A DNA stretch of 63,419 nucleotides, the filler included. It is 4 parts of 4 records of this genome, joined end to end, with 100 filler letters (N's around TTAATTAATTAA, not from the genome) between each part and the next. Parts side by side here need not be neighbours in the genome. Positions count along the whole stretch, not along the records: positions 1 to 6,366 come from SRR20825006_234; positions 6,467 to 37,958 come from SRR20825006_236; 2 more parts are not named here. One strand, 5' to 3'. Position 1 is the first letter of the stretch. Every line of letters starts with the position of its first letter. Positions 1 through 9,749 of the stretch are shown here, piece by piece. The position numbers were made by a program, and so were the translations under genes. The notes under the pieces were generated by a model. It was not told the DNA's origin, did not search any database, and was given only the letters and a program-made list of their open reading frames with translations.

Positions 1-1
1 C

Positions 2-136
2 GATGTGATGGAAGAACTGGTGAAGTTCACGCTGTTAACCCGCGATGTTCGCGATCACCTTGTCGATCGGTATTCCGAACGGGTGGAAAGCCACGCGGCC
101 CTTTCGGCCAGGGTCAATCAGCCCACCGCAACCTGA
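2..136 (+). CDS. 3' end of an unidentified gene truncated by the window start (...DVRDHLVDRYSERVESHAALSARVNQPTAT*)
   Basis: Open frame from position 2 to TGA at 134-136, followed directly by a terminator hairpin. Confidence 0.6.
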   Translation, partial: DVMEELVKFTLLTRDVRDHLVDRYSERVESHAALSARVNQPTAT

Positions 137-175
137 ACAGAACAAAGGCCGCCCTGTCATAATCGGGCGGCCTTT
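34..175 (+). repeat. Degenerate direct repeat, copy 1 (gene 3' end plus terminator)
   Basis: GTTAACCCGC...TTCGCGATCACCTTGT.GATCGGTATT..GAAC...GCAACCTGA and the AAGGCCGCC/GGCGGCC hairpin recur at 3858-4028. Confidence 0.85.
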
Positions 176-182
176 CGTTTTT
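144..182 (+). terminator. Rho-independent terminator
   Basis: AAAGGCCGCCC-loop-GGGCGGCCTTT stem followed by a T-run. Confidence 0.8.
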
Positions 183-402
183 CTGGATCAGGGCAGGTGA
201 AATCGCGACGAAGCCTGAGAATAAAGCTTTGTCTTTAAATGCGTTGCTCACCGAATTATTGGCGCATCAATGTCCAGCCAAAGTCAGGACTGGTTTCGGA
301 TCAAAGCATGTCGTTCTGTACGCTCGTAACAATAATTTGGGATGCTCAGTCAAAACAAAAATCTTAGGCGTGTTATTCTCTCCGGCATCATTGGGGGGAT
401 AA

Positions 403-2562
403 ATGGCTAAGGGATTCAGATTGTTACGTCGACGGGTAGTTCCCTTGGCGTTTGTTGGTGCAGCATTATCGGGTCATGCGGCGCAGGCCGCAGATTTTAC
501 CGTTTCTGGCGGTGTCACCGATACGGTTGCCAAAACCCTGAGCGTCGGGGAAACCGGATTGATCGAGCAGGGCGGGGTTCTCAATGTTACGACGCCGGCG
601 AATAGCGCCGCCATCACTGTTAGCGCAGACGGCGTGCGTGTAACCAATAACGGCACGATCACGACGGTGGGTGGCGGGCGCGTGGGCATATTTGGTGATG
701 GGGGGGCTAGAAATGCGCAGTTTGTTAATAACGGTACAATTCGGACAGACGCAGCGAGCGGTTACGGAATGGCCAGTTTCGGGCCGGGTTCTAAATTTTT
801 CAACAATGGCACGCTTACGACAGGCGGTGCGAATGCCCATGCCATAAATGGCACCGGAACCAATTCGACACTTGTCAATAACGGCACGCTTACGACAAGC
901 GGAGATGGTTCGTACGGTCTAAACAGCGCCAACGCCAATTCGACACTCGTTAATAGCGGTACGATTACGACAAGCGGAACAGATTCCTATGGCATCGGAA
1001 GCACCAATAGCGGTTCGACACTTTCCAATAGCGGTACAATCACGACAAGCGGACTTCGTTCCCGTGGCATGTACGCTGACGGGAATGGCGTAACAGCTGT
1101 CAATAGCGGTACGATTACCACAAGCGGCAGCGATGGCGAGGGCATGCGGAGCGACGGAAATAATTCGACACTTGTCAATAGCGGTGCGATTACCAGCACG
1201 AATGCCGACGGAATACGATCAGTCGGTAGCGGCAACACCCTTACGGTCAGTGACGGCGGAACCGTCACCGTATCGGGTGCAGGACTTGCCGGGATCAGAT
1301 CCACAGGGGCCAACGGGACGATCAATGTCAGCGGGAAGGTGATCGCGACCGGGTCGGCGACCGAGGCGATTGTGGGGTCGAGCAACCAGACCCTGAACAT
1401 CAAGCCAGGTGCGACGATTGTCGGGACGATTAATCTTGGTGCAGGCACCAATGTGGTCAATATCGATACATCGGCCGGGGCGCGGTCATCGACCCTGAGC
1501 ATCAGCAATGCCGGTACGGTGAATACATCGGCTGGCGGTGAGGGGCTTGTCCGGCAAAGTGGATCGACGGTGGTGATCGCAGATCCGACAGGTCTTGCTG
1601 CCAATCGGGCGGCGCTGGGAACGACGGCAGCCGGCATTCATCAGGCGGTCAGCCAGCAACTGGCACGATCAAACAAACCGCAATCGGTTGTGGTCGCGGC
1701 CAGCGAACTTGAACCGGGTATGTTATATGCGCCGCAGATGCCCTTTGTCTGGGGACATGTTTTTGGTGGGTACAAAAAACGCGGCGATGACGGGGCGAAT
1801 TTGGGCTATCGCAGCCGGGTTGGTGGCGTGATCGGCGGATATGAAAAGCCGATTGATGACCACAGTATCGGTGTGTTTGGCGGGGCGTCCGTTGCAGGGA
1901 TGAAAACCGACGAGGCATCGGTCGAAAGTGACAGCAACGGCTTTTTTGTCGGCGGATATGGTGAATATGTGGTTGGCGACTGGGCTATCGACGGGGCGTT
2001 GGTCGTCGGCTATCAACGCCATCAGGATAAACGTCTTGTGGTCGATAACCTGACCGGCGAGGAAACCGCACAATCAGATTACAACAGTGTCTATATCAGT
2101 CCGTCACTGGCGGTGGTCCGGTCGATTGACATCGGCGGCGGGATTGAATTGCGGCCATCGGCCGAGGTTAATTACACCTATGGCTATTACGGTGAATACA
2201 CCGAAACCGGCACGACATCATCCAATCTTCGGGTTAAGGGGCATGGTGTGGATGTGATCAATGGCCGTTTGCAATTGGCAGCCCGTCAGGCGCTTGCAGA
2301 TGGCCGGGGCGAGATGGAACTGCGCGGCGGGATGAAATACAGCTATTTCGGGCGTGACAGCGTTGATGTCGGGCTCGGCAACGGTCCGGTTTTACGCTAT
2401 CAGGGAACCGGTGATACGTCCTCGTACGGGGGATATGTCGGGGGCAATATGCGCTATGACGTGGACCGGCGGATGACGGTTGTCGCAGACATGGAACTGG
2501 GGCTTGCAACTGGCGACGAACGCACTGCTTCAGGCTATCTGGGGCTGGAATACCGGTTCTAA
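403..2562 (+). CDS. Autotransporter (type Va) with repetitive beta-helical passenger and C-terminal beta-barrel
   Basis: Signal peptide ending AAQA; ~25-26 aa N(N/S)GT(I/L)TTSG repeats; autotransporter-like barrel ending in aromatic ...LEYRF; GGGGG RBS upstream. Confidence 0.9.
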   Translation: MAKGFRLLRRRVVPLAFVGAALSGHAAQAADFTVSGGVTDTVAKTLSVGETGLIEQGGVLNVTTPANSAAITVSADGVRVTNNGTITTVGGGRVGIFGDGGARNAQFVNNGTIRTDAASGYGMASFGPGSKFFNNGTLTTGGANAHAINGTGTNSTLVNNGTLTTSGDGSYGLNSANANSTLVNSGTITTSGTDSYGIGSTNSGSTLSNSGTITTSGLRSRGMYADGNGVTAVNSGTITTSGSDGEGMRSDGNNSTLVNSGAITSTNADGIRSVGSGNTLTVSDGGTVTVSGAGLAGIRSTGANGTINVSGKVIATGSATEAIVGSSNQTLNIKPGATIVGTINLGAGTNVVNIDTSAGARSSTLSISNAGTVNTSAGGEGLVRQSGSTVVIADPTGLAANRAALGTTAAGIHQAVSQQLARSNKPQSVVVAASELEPGMLYAPQMPFVWGHVFGGYKKRGDDGANLGYRSRVGGVIGGYEKPIDDHSIGVFGGASVAGMKTDEASVESDSNGFFVGGYGEYVVGDWAIDGALVVGYQRHQDKRLVVDNLTGEETAQSDYNSVYISPSLAVVRSIDIGGGIELRPSAEVNYTYGYYGEYTETGTTSSNLRVKGHGVDVINGRLQLAARQALADGRGEMELRGGMKYSYFGRDSVDVGLGNGPVLRYQGTGDTSSYGGYVGGNMRYDVDRRMTVVADMELGLATGDERTASGYLGLEYRF

Positions 2563-3596
2563 AGCCGCCGCACCCAGTTTGGCAACCCTGCGGCGTAGCC
2601 GGTTGACGTTGTGGCTTTGCCGTGATGATGCAATTGGGCGTTCACGGCATCGGCACGGGTCTGACTTGGTGTTGAATGGAATTTGGCGCGGAATGCGCGG
2701 CTAAAATGGGACTCACTGTTAAAACCGCATTCAAAGGCAATGCTGCCAATGTTCTTGTGGCTGTAACGCTGTTGCGACAGCAATTGAAAGCTCCGCTGCA
2801 AACGGCGATCCCAAAGATAATTTGCGACCCCGCCATGCGGGGCAAAAATGCGATAGATATGTGTTCTTGACATTCGAAAGAGCAGTGCAAGGCTTGCTGG
2901 CGTGATGTTTTCGGCAAGGTTGGCGTCAATATAGCGGTAGATAACCTTTGCAAGGGCAACTGATGTTGGCGCGTCGATTTCCTCGGGAAGCAGGCCTTCG
3001 CACGGCAAGCATCCTTGCATCAGGCCGAGAGTTCCTTGCACGGCACTAACAGCTTGCTGAGTTGTCATGTCAGGAATGTTCTTCCAAAGGTTCAGAAAAC
3101 CGGTGGCCATAAAGCGGACCATCGGGTTGTCCTTGGAAAGCTTCAGTCCATGCAGTGGCGCGAGCATATCCGAGATATCTGGTCGCAATTCCCGTGGCAG
3201 AACAAGCGTAAGGTTTTCAAAATCACCCGTGATCATGTCGTGGGGGTAAGAAAGATCGATGATAAGCATGTCGCCCGCGACAATGCGCTCATTCTCTTTG
3301 GTAAGGCCGCCGCCCTGCAGAAAAAGCTGAACCAGAATGTGGTCCATATCATCATCGATCACTCGGCGGGGATGCCGTAAAAACTGCTGGGCTTGTGATC
3401 TGGTGACACCAAAAACCGTTTCCTGAAGGTCGTAAACATCGATCTGTGCAAAAAAATTCGTGAGATGACATTCATGATCGGACATCGTTACATCAAAAAA
3501 GATACCGATATTTTCCTGCCATGCGTCAAAACGATGACGTGGCTCGATATCATTGGTGTCAAAGTTTGATACGGGAACCGGTTTCAGTTTTGTCAA
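2559..3596 (-). CDS. AraC-family transcriptional regulator (FeaR/NitR-like N-terminal domain)
   Basis: N-terminal 'RHRFDAWQE'; C-terminal HTH 'IAFECGFNSESHFSRAFRAKF'; convergent with the autotransporter, 4-nt overlap. Confidence 0.9.
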   Translation of the reverse strand: MTKLKPVPVSNFDTNDIEPRHRFDAWQENIGIFFDVTMSDHECHLTNFFAQIDVYDLQETVFGVTRSQAQQFLRHPRRVIDDDMDHILVQLFLQGGGLTKENERIVAGDMLIIDLSYPHDMITGDFENLTLVLPRELRPDISDMLAPLHGLKLSKDNPMVRFMATGFLNLWKNIPDMTTQQAVSAVQGTLGLMQGCLPCEGLLPEEIDAPTSVALAKVIYRYIDANLAENITPASLALLFRMSRTHIYRIFAPHGGVANYLWDRRLQRSFQLLSQQRYSHKNIGSIAFECGFNSESHFSRAFRAKFHSTPSQTRADAVNAQLHHHGKATTSTGYAAGLPNWVRRL

Positions 3597-3857
3597 TCCG
3601 GGGACTCTTTCGCATTAATGGCAGAACGATAAATTGGTACAATTAATCGCCCGCACTTTTGCGCCCGGACTAAATCAATGATTGATGTGATTGTTGCTTT
3701 TTCTACATTGTGGATATATTTTTTGCAAGTTCTTATGGTTTGACAATAGCTTGCTGTGTCATCCTTTCCGGATGGTTTCGGTCGCTGGTTATTGGCATTG
3801 GGAATTGGTTTTGACGCATCAGGCGCAAGGATTTGACCAAATCGCCTGAAGGGTTTG

Positions 3858-4028
3858 GTTAACCCGCAACATTCGCGATCACCTTGTTGATCGGTATTTC
3901 GAACAGTTCGAAAGCGATACAGCTATTTCGTGCCAGGGATCTATCAACCAGCTGCAACCTGACGGACAAGACCAGAAACGGGAAATGCCGAACAAAAAGG
4001 CCGCCTTGCGATAAACCGGGCGGCCCTT
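3858..4028 (+). repeat. Degenerate direct repeat, copy 2 (frameshifted remnant of gene end plus terminator)
   Basis: Aligns with 34-175 with substitutions, two 1-nt insertions and a short insert before the hairpin (3997-4028). Confidence 0.85.
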
Positions 4029-4047
4029 GGTGTTTCGGGGGCGGGGT

Positions 4048-5322
4048 CTAGCCGAACTCGACATTGTCGGGTGTCAGGTCGTCCTTGGTGATATCTTCAA
4101 CAATGACCCCAAAGGTCCATGGATCGCCGTTGCTGAAATCGATGTAAAGATCGCCGCCATCGGTTTCAGTCGCATGATCAAGCAGGCTGTCGAAATCGGT
4201 AATGCCCGATCTGGCCTGAAGATCAGCGGTCAGGAGCAGGGTATCGCCGTCATTGCCGCTTTCGAAATCAACCACACGATCACGGCTGGAGGCTTCGGCG
4301 TCGAAGACGAAAGTATCGTCGCCGATATTGCCCTGAAGCCAGTCATTGCCGCCACCACCCGAAAGGATGTTGTCGGAGAAGGCTTCATGGGCGATGGGGC
4401 CGGCATCAAGTGTGTCATGGCCGTCGCCGCCATAAAGCGAGACATCATACCATTCGCCGGTGAGCGTATCATTTCCGGCTTCGCCATGGATGTTTTCGCC
4501 GACAATGACGTCGTCGCCATCGCGGCCATAGATGGTATCGCCGCCCTTGTTGCCGATCAGGCGGTTATCGTTATCATCGCCGATGATCAGGTCGCTTTGA
4601 TTGCTGCCATCGACATTTTCGATGCTGATGAAATGATCGCCTGTGCGGCCCGTGCCGGTTTCAAGATTGATGACCGGTTGCGGACCATATTCACCATAAG
4701 GCGCATCATTGCCCCAGCCGGCGATGTAGCTGATGGTGTCAGACCCTTCGCCGCCGATGAAAATGCTTGTCTGTTCCTCAGAAAAAGCAGAGCCATATGC
4801 GGCATAGAAAGTGTCATCGCCGCCGCCGCCATTCATCACATCGCCGTCGCCAGCACCAGTTTGGAAAAAGGCGTTGTTGCCGTCATCGCCGATCAGAATG
4901 TCGCCATAGCGTGAATCACGGATGTCTTCGATATTGAAATAGCGGTCGCCATCCGCATCGCCGCCCACACCAATGCCGGTGGCAAGATTGACGATGACGC
5001 CTTCCTTGGCCGAGTCATTTGAATAGGAAAATCGAATTTCATCGCGGCCAGGACCGCCGTCAATGACATCGGCCCCCGGGCCGCCATCAAGTTTGTCATT
5101 GCCCGACCCGCCAAGCAGCGTGTCGTCACCGATACTTGCATGGAAATGATCATGACCGGCACCGCCATCAAGCGTATCGTCCCCCGGTCCGATCTCATAG
5201 AAGCGGTCATTGCCGCCAAGCCCGCGGATATCATCACTGCCCGCGCGCCCAAAAATATGATCGTCCTGCTCTGTTCCGACAAGCACATCTGCGCCGTCGG
5301 TCCCATAGATGAGTTCAACCAT
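4048..5322 (-). CDS. RTX/hemolysin-type calcium-binding repeat protein (probable T1SS substrate)
   Basis: Many GGxGxD nonapeptides; 'GVIVNLATG...GDADGD..NIE' units; very acidic; no signal peptide. Confidence 0.9.
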   Translation of the reverse strand: MVELIYGTDGADVLVGTEQDDHIFGRAGSDDIRGLGGNDRFYEIGPGDDTLDGGAGHDHFHASIGDDTLLGGSGNDKLDGGPGADVIDGGPGRDEIRFSYSNDSAKEGVIVNLATGIGVGGDADGDRYFNIEDIRDSRYGDILIGDDGNNAFFQTGAGDGDVMNGGGGDDTFYAAYGSAFSEEQTSIFIGGEGSDTISYIAGWGNDAPYGEYGPQPVINLETGTGRTGDHFISIENVDGSNQSDLIIGDDNDNRLIGNKGGDTIYGRDGDDVIVGENIHGEAGNDTLTGEWYDVSLYGGDGHDTLDAGPIAHEAFSDNILSGGGGNDWLQGNIGDDTFVFDAEASSRDRVVDFESGNDGDTLLLTADLQARSGITDFDSLLDHATETDGGDLYIDFSNGDPWTFGVIVEDITKDDLTPDNVEFG

Positions 5323-5441
5323 GGTCCGTCTCCCGCATTGTTTGCTTTGCCCTTGGGAAAAGCTGCGGGGAGAATTCGGCGACTTGATGGCAGTGGGGCG
5401 GGATTGACGTCAAAACAGGGGAGACGCCAGAAGGCGGCGGC

Positions 5442-6366
5442 CTACGCCACCTTCTGTTCGTATTCTTCCTGCTTTTCCATCCAGCGGGTTTCGATCTCGG
5501 CCAGTTCGTTTTCGATCTTGCCAAGGTCTTTTTGCAAGGTGGTCAGTTTGGTGGCGTTATCGGGCTCGTAAAGCGCCGGATCGGCCATCTCGTCCTTGAT
5601 TTTGTCACGACGCGCGGTCAGCTTTTCCATCTGCTTTTCAAGGTTTTCAATCTCGCGCTTGATGGGGGCTGCGGCCTTGCGTTTTTCGGCAGCCTGCTGG
5701 CGCAATGCCTTGCGGTTGCCTTTGTCCTCGGGCCGTGCCGGTTCGCCGTTTTCGTTGGCTTCTGCCTTGTCCGCGCGGCGTTCATCACGTGCCCGGTTCA
5801 GCAGATACTGGCGATATTCGGCAACGTCGCCGTCAAAGGCGGTGACCGCACCATCGGCAACCAGAATAAGTCGATCCGCACAGGCTTCGATCAGATAGGG
5901 ATCGTGGCTGATGATGATCACCGCACCTTCATAGGCATTAAGCGCATGATTAAGCGCATCGCGGCTGTCGATATCAAGGTGGTTGGTCGGTTCGTCAAGG
6001 ATCAGCATATGCGGCGCATCAAGCGTCATCAGCGCAAACAGCAGACGCGCCTTTTCCCCACCCGAAAGGTCCTTGACCTTGGTGTCACCTTTCTGGCCTT
6101 CAAACGCAAAACGGCCAAGCTGGGCCCGGACCTTGTGTTCGATGACATCAGGCATCAGGGCAGCCATATGCTGATACGGGGTTTCATCGGGGCGAAGCTC
6201 GTCAGTCTGATGCTGTGCAAAATAACCGATGCGCAGCTTGCCCGACGCAACCTTTTCCCCGGCCATCAGTTCAAGCCGGTTGGCAAGAAGTTTGGCCAGT
6301 GTCGATTTACCGTTACCGTTGGCACCCAGAAGCGCGATGCGGTCATCCATATCAATGCGCAGGCTG
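5442..6366 (-). CDS. ABC-F family ATPase (YheS/Uup-like), 5'-truncated by contig end
   Basis: Walker A GANGNGKST, LSGGEK, ILDEPTNHLD, SHD motif and C-terminal coiled coil. Confidence 0.92.
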
Positions 6367-6466
6367 NNNNNNNNNNNNNNNNNNNNNNNNNNNNNNNNNN
6401 NNNNNNNNNNTTAATTAATTAANNNNNNNNNNNNNNNNNNNNNNNNNNNNNNNNNNNNNNNNNNNN
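6367..6466. other. Artificial contig spacer
   Basis: N-run with central TTAATTAATTAA (stops in all six frames); abrupt GC shift across it. Confidence 0.98.
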
Positions 6467-7990
6467 TACCAAACCACCGTCACACACTGTTTGATCAGGT
6501 CCAGCAACAACTACTGGCAGTGGATTAACAGTTATTACAGAAGTGTAGGTGTCAGTACAACCATCTGCGGTTGCTACTGTTAACTCAACTGTGTAAGTTC
6601 CACCTGCAGCGTAAATATGCGAGGGTTGTAAATATGTTCCCGAAGTATTTTGAACTCCGGTGATAGTGCCAGAAGACGGGGGAGTAATAATACCGTCTCC
6701 AAAATTCCATTGATATGTCGAGATAACACCGGGTGGTGGAATGGTCGATTGATCAGTAAACGTAATCGCATCACCTGGACAAATAACATTTGTGTTACTA
6801 ATGAAATTCGCGATAGGTTCAGGATATTCAATAATCGTTATGTCTAAATCTATCGAGCAGCCTCCGCCTTGAAATGGTGTTAGTGTACAAGTATACGTTC
6901 CTCCCGCCGTAACTGTAATTGACTGAGTAGTTGCACCGTTGCTCCAAAGGTAACTTGCCGCTCCTGGTGGGGCGATTAAAGTTGTTGGATCTCCAGAACA
7001 AATAGTATTCTGAGTCGCAATAACTTCTTGCATACTACAGGATGCGTCGATATAGGCATATCCAAAGTGTCCTGTGAGCGAACAATCACCTGCGGTAAAC
7101 TCAATCGTAACATTTTGCCCAATGAAGGCACTTAGATTTGTGAAAACCGTTTGCCAGTCTTGGAAAAGAACTACATCTCCTCCCCAATTGGTTGTTTGAT
7201 AATTCTGTGCATTTGCACCATCTGCAATAACAGAATATTCTCCACAAGGTACATTTACACCATTGGCATCTGTAACACGCACCGTAAAATACGGTAACTG
7301 ATTTAGGGTGTGTCCTCCAGGAGATTGAAAGATTACCGCATAACTATAGGTGAACATAAAGTTCGTGTTGTCGACTAAGAATGTTTGAGTCATCCTAGCC
7401 GCTCTCGCTCCTGTTCCCGTTCCGTTCCCCAGTCGAACAGAAAAATTTCCATTCAAGGGGTTGACGCATGGGATACCAGTTACGGGATCATTTCCTCCAC
7501 CTAAAATTTGGTGATAGGCACCTGCAACTGCAGGAATTTCGTTTACATAGCTGTAAGGTGCGGATCCATTAACGTCTCCTCGACTTAATGTCCAGCCACT
7601 CACATCACCTTGCTCAAAGTCCATGTTCTCACATGGTCCGTCTGGTGCTCTTGGTGAACTAGGTACGGGCGCAACTGGTTGAAATACCGAAAGGCTCTGT
7701 TGAACGCTTGCGATAAGGTTAGCATACTCAGTTGCAAATTGAGCTTCAGTAATCTCTTCTCCCTGATCTAGTCGAATATCGATTGAATCTTGAAAATTTT
7801 GATACTGTTGATCAATAAATTCGATCTTGGGTCCGTTTAGGTAATCTTGGTTAGTGATTCCTAGTTGGACTTCAAAATCATACAGGCCTTTTTCAATGAA
7901 TAAACTTTCAATAGCGTGGTGGTCGTGCTGAGTAAAAGCTGCAAATGAAACAAAGCAGCCAACTACAGCCAATAGTGTAGAAGTTTTCAT
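6467..7990 (-). CDS. Secreted PKD-domain protein (probable T9SS/gliding-motility-type large surface protein), 3'-truncated
   Basis: Signal peptide; 'SYLWSNGATTQSITV'; PKD motif 'YQWNFGDG...HIY...GTYTVELTV'. Confidence 0.85.
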
Positions 7991-8235
7991 AGCCTTTGTT
8001 TTGGGGTTGAAGACAATTTAAACCAATTAGATTGGAATAAAAAAAAATGCGACTTTCGAGAATTTAGCTGCAAAAAAACTCGTTTAACGACAAAATAAAT
8101 GTCTTTAACCAAAGGAATCTGACTTCAATCTAAGAAATTAGGTAGTATGCGCGCACAGCTAAATAAGCTACCATCGAATATAAATAGGCGAAGAATGAAT
8201 AAACCCAAGAAATGGGTTATTATTTTCATCTACGA

Positions 8236-9582
8236 TTATTTGCCATTGGTCGAAATGACTTCAAAAATGAGTGATTTTAGTTCTTTAATATCTGACGCTA
8301 ATAACTGGATTTTGTCCTTTTCCGAGCGAGATATTGCCCTATAATTCCAGTGAAAAGCGATGTTCTGTACTTCTCTTATGAAGTAAAAAGCGAACAATCC
8401 TGAAAGTGGCATAGCGATCAAATAGGCTATTTTCCACCATCCATGAATATCAAAAAAGTAAGCACCCAAATACAGAAATCCAGCATAGGTTAATGGATAA
8501 ATGATGATGCCGATTAAAATTGCAATAGGCGCGTAGTACTCAATATCGCGTACCAATTTAGGCATGAGTAGACTTGTAAATTGAAATTGTAGAATATTGT
8601 GAATTGCTCCGAAGAAAAATAAGGGAAAACCAAAAAGCATGATCAATAGTGATTCCAAGAGTTGAATGAGAAACCGCGCTGGTTTTTTCTTTTGATCAAA
8701 TAATTCAGGATCTATTTCCAATTGATTTAACCTCCAACGGATGCTTCGGACAAGATTTTCAACGCGCACGATTTTCCACGGCTCATGCGCATACATGTGA
8801 TTCAACGAGTCGTGAGCATGTTTAACCGAATCTATGTTTTCCTCTAACTTCTTCCCTGCGGCTCCTGTGATGTCTATTGCGAGTACTTCCACTATTTGAT
8901 CTACCAATTGCTCCTGTTCGATGGAAGCCGAATGAATCAGCATTTTCTCTAACGAACTTCTAAAAACCTCCGTGAGTTTCTTGGACGCTTTAATTGAATC
9001 GGTCTTGTATTCTTCTAGGAATGGTTTTGGGTCGATGTTTTCACCAACAAAACCAAGTACAGAGCTTCTAAATTTTTCTCCTTTGGTGTAAATTAATCCA
9101 ACGGGAATTATCGTTACATCTTTTAGTTTACCTCGCATCAACAATTCAAGCGCAATTCTAGCCGTTCCTGATTTCAATTCTCTCAGTTGTCGTTCCAAAA
9201 AACTATTTCCTTCTGGAAAAACCACTAATGTTTTACCTTGCTCGAGGACTTGATAGCATTGTTCAAACGAAGACATATTAGAAACTCCACTCGTTTTTCC
9301 ATCTGTTGCGCGATTTATAGGAATCATTCCTAAACTCATCAGGAGCTTTGTTTTCCACTTAGAATTGAAAAAAGTTCCCTTTGTTAGAAAGTAAATAGGT
9401 TCTTTACAGAGCTGGCCAATAATCCATGCATCCATTAAGGTGTTTGGGTGATTGGCAATAATTATTTTCGCGCCCTTTTGAGAAAGACGCTCTTTATCTT
9501 TGATTCGAACTTCTCTGTAGTAGAGGCGAATTCCAATACCCAAAATTATTTTTAGAAAACGATATAGCATAACGAGGACCAA
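8236..9582 (-). CDS. PlsC-like (lyso)phospholipid acyltransferase with C-terminal TM helices
   Basis: NHxxxxD (NHPNTLMD) and FPEG motifs; true start may be ATG at 9570. Confidence 0.9.
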   Translation of the reverse strand: MVLVMLYRFLKIILGIGIRLYYREVRIKDKERLSQKGAKIIIANHPNTLMDAWIIGQLCKEPIYFLTKGTFFNSKWKTKLLMSLGMIPINRATDGKTSGVSNMSSFEQCYQVLEQGKTLVVFPEGNSFLERQLRELKSGTARIALELLMRGKLKDVTIIPVGLIYTKGEKFRSSVLGFVGENIDPKPFLEEYKTDSIKASKKLTEVFRSSLEKMLIHSASIEQEQLVDQIVEVLAIDITGAAGKKLEENIDSVKHAHDSLNHMYAHEPWKIVRVENLVRSIRWRLNQLEIDPELFDQKKKPARFLIQLLESLLIMLFGFPLFFFGAIHNILQFQFTSLLMPKLVRDIEYYAPIAILIGIIIYPLTYAGFLYLGAYFFDIHGWWKIAYLIAMPLSGLFAFYFIREVQNIAFHWNYRAISRSEKDKIQLLASDIKELKSLIFEVISTNGK

Positions 9583-9749
9583 GATAAGAACTTCCTCGCG
9601 CTATCAAGTTAGGAAAGTACGCAAGCCAAACTTTAGTAGTTGTGGAAAACGCAAAAGAAGACAAACTCAATTGAAAAATACAAAATCCATAACATAAAAG
9701 CAGGACCATTCAAAAGAATAGCCCTGCACAGTAAGAAGCAAATTATTGT

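Noticed and set aside
34-4028. Diversity-generating retroelement TR/VR pair
   Set aside because: No reverse transcriptase in the contig; differences include indels and are not confined to adenines; the repeat includes a terminator
4027-4914. 295-aa plus-strand ORF
   Set aside because: Antisense shadow of the RTX gene with no recognisable motifs
5323-5441. c-di-GMP riboswitch upstream of the RTX gene
   Set aside because: Only a GGCAAA fragment is present; the two-stem GEMM consensus is not evident
6411-6422. TTAATTAATTAA palindrome (also in the two other gaps)
   Set aside because: Artificial six-frame stop linker inside N padding
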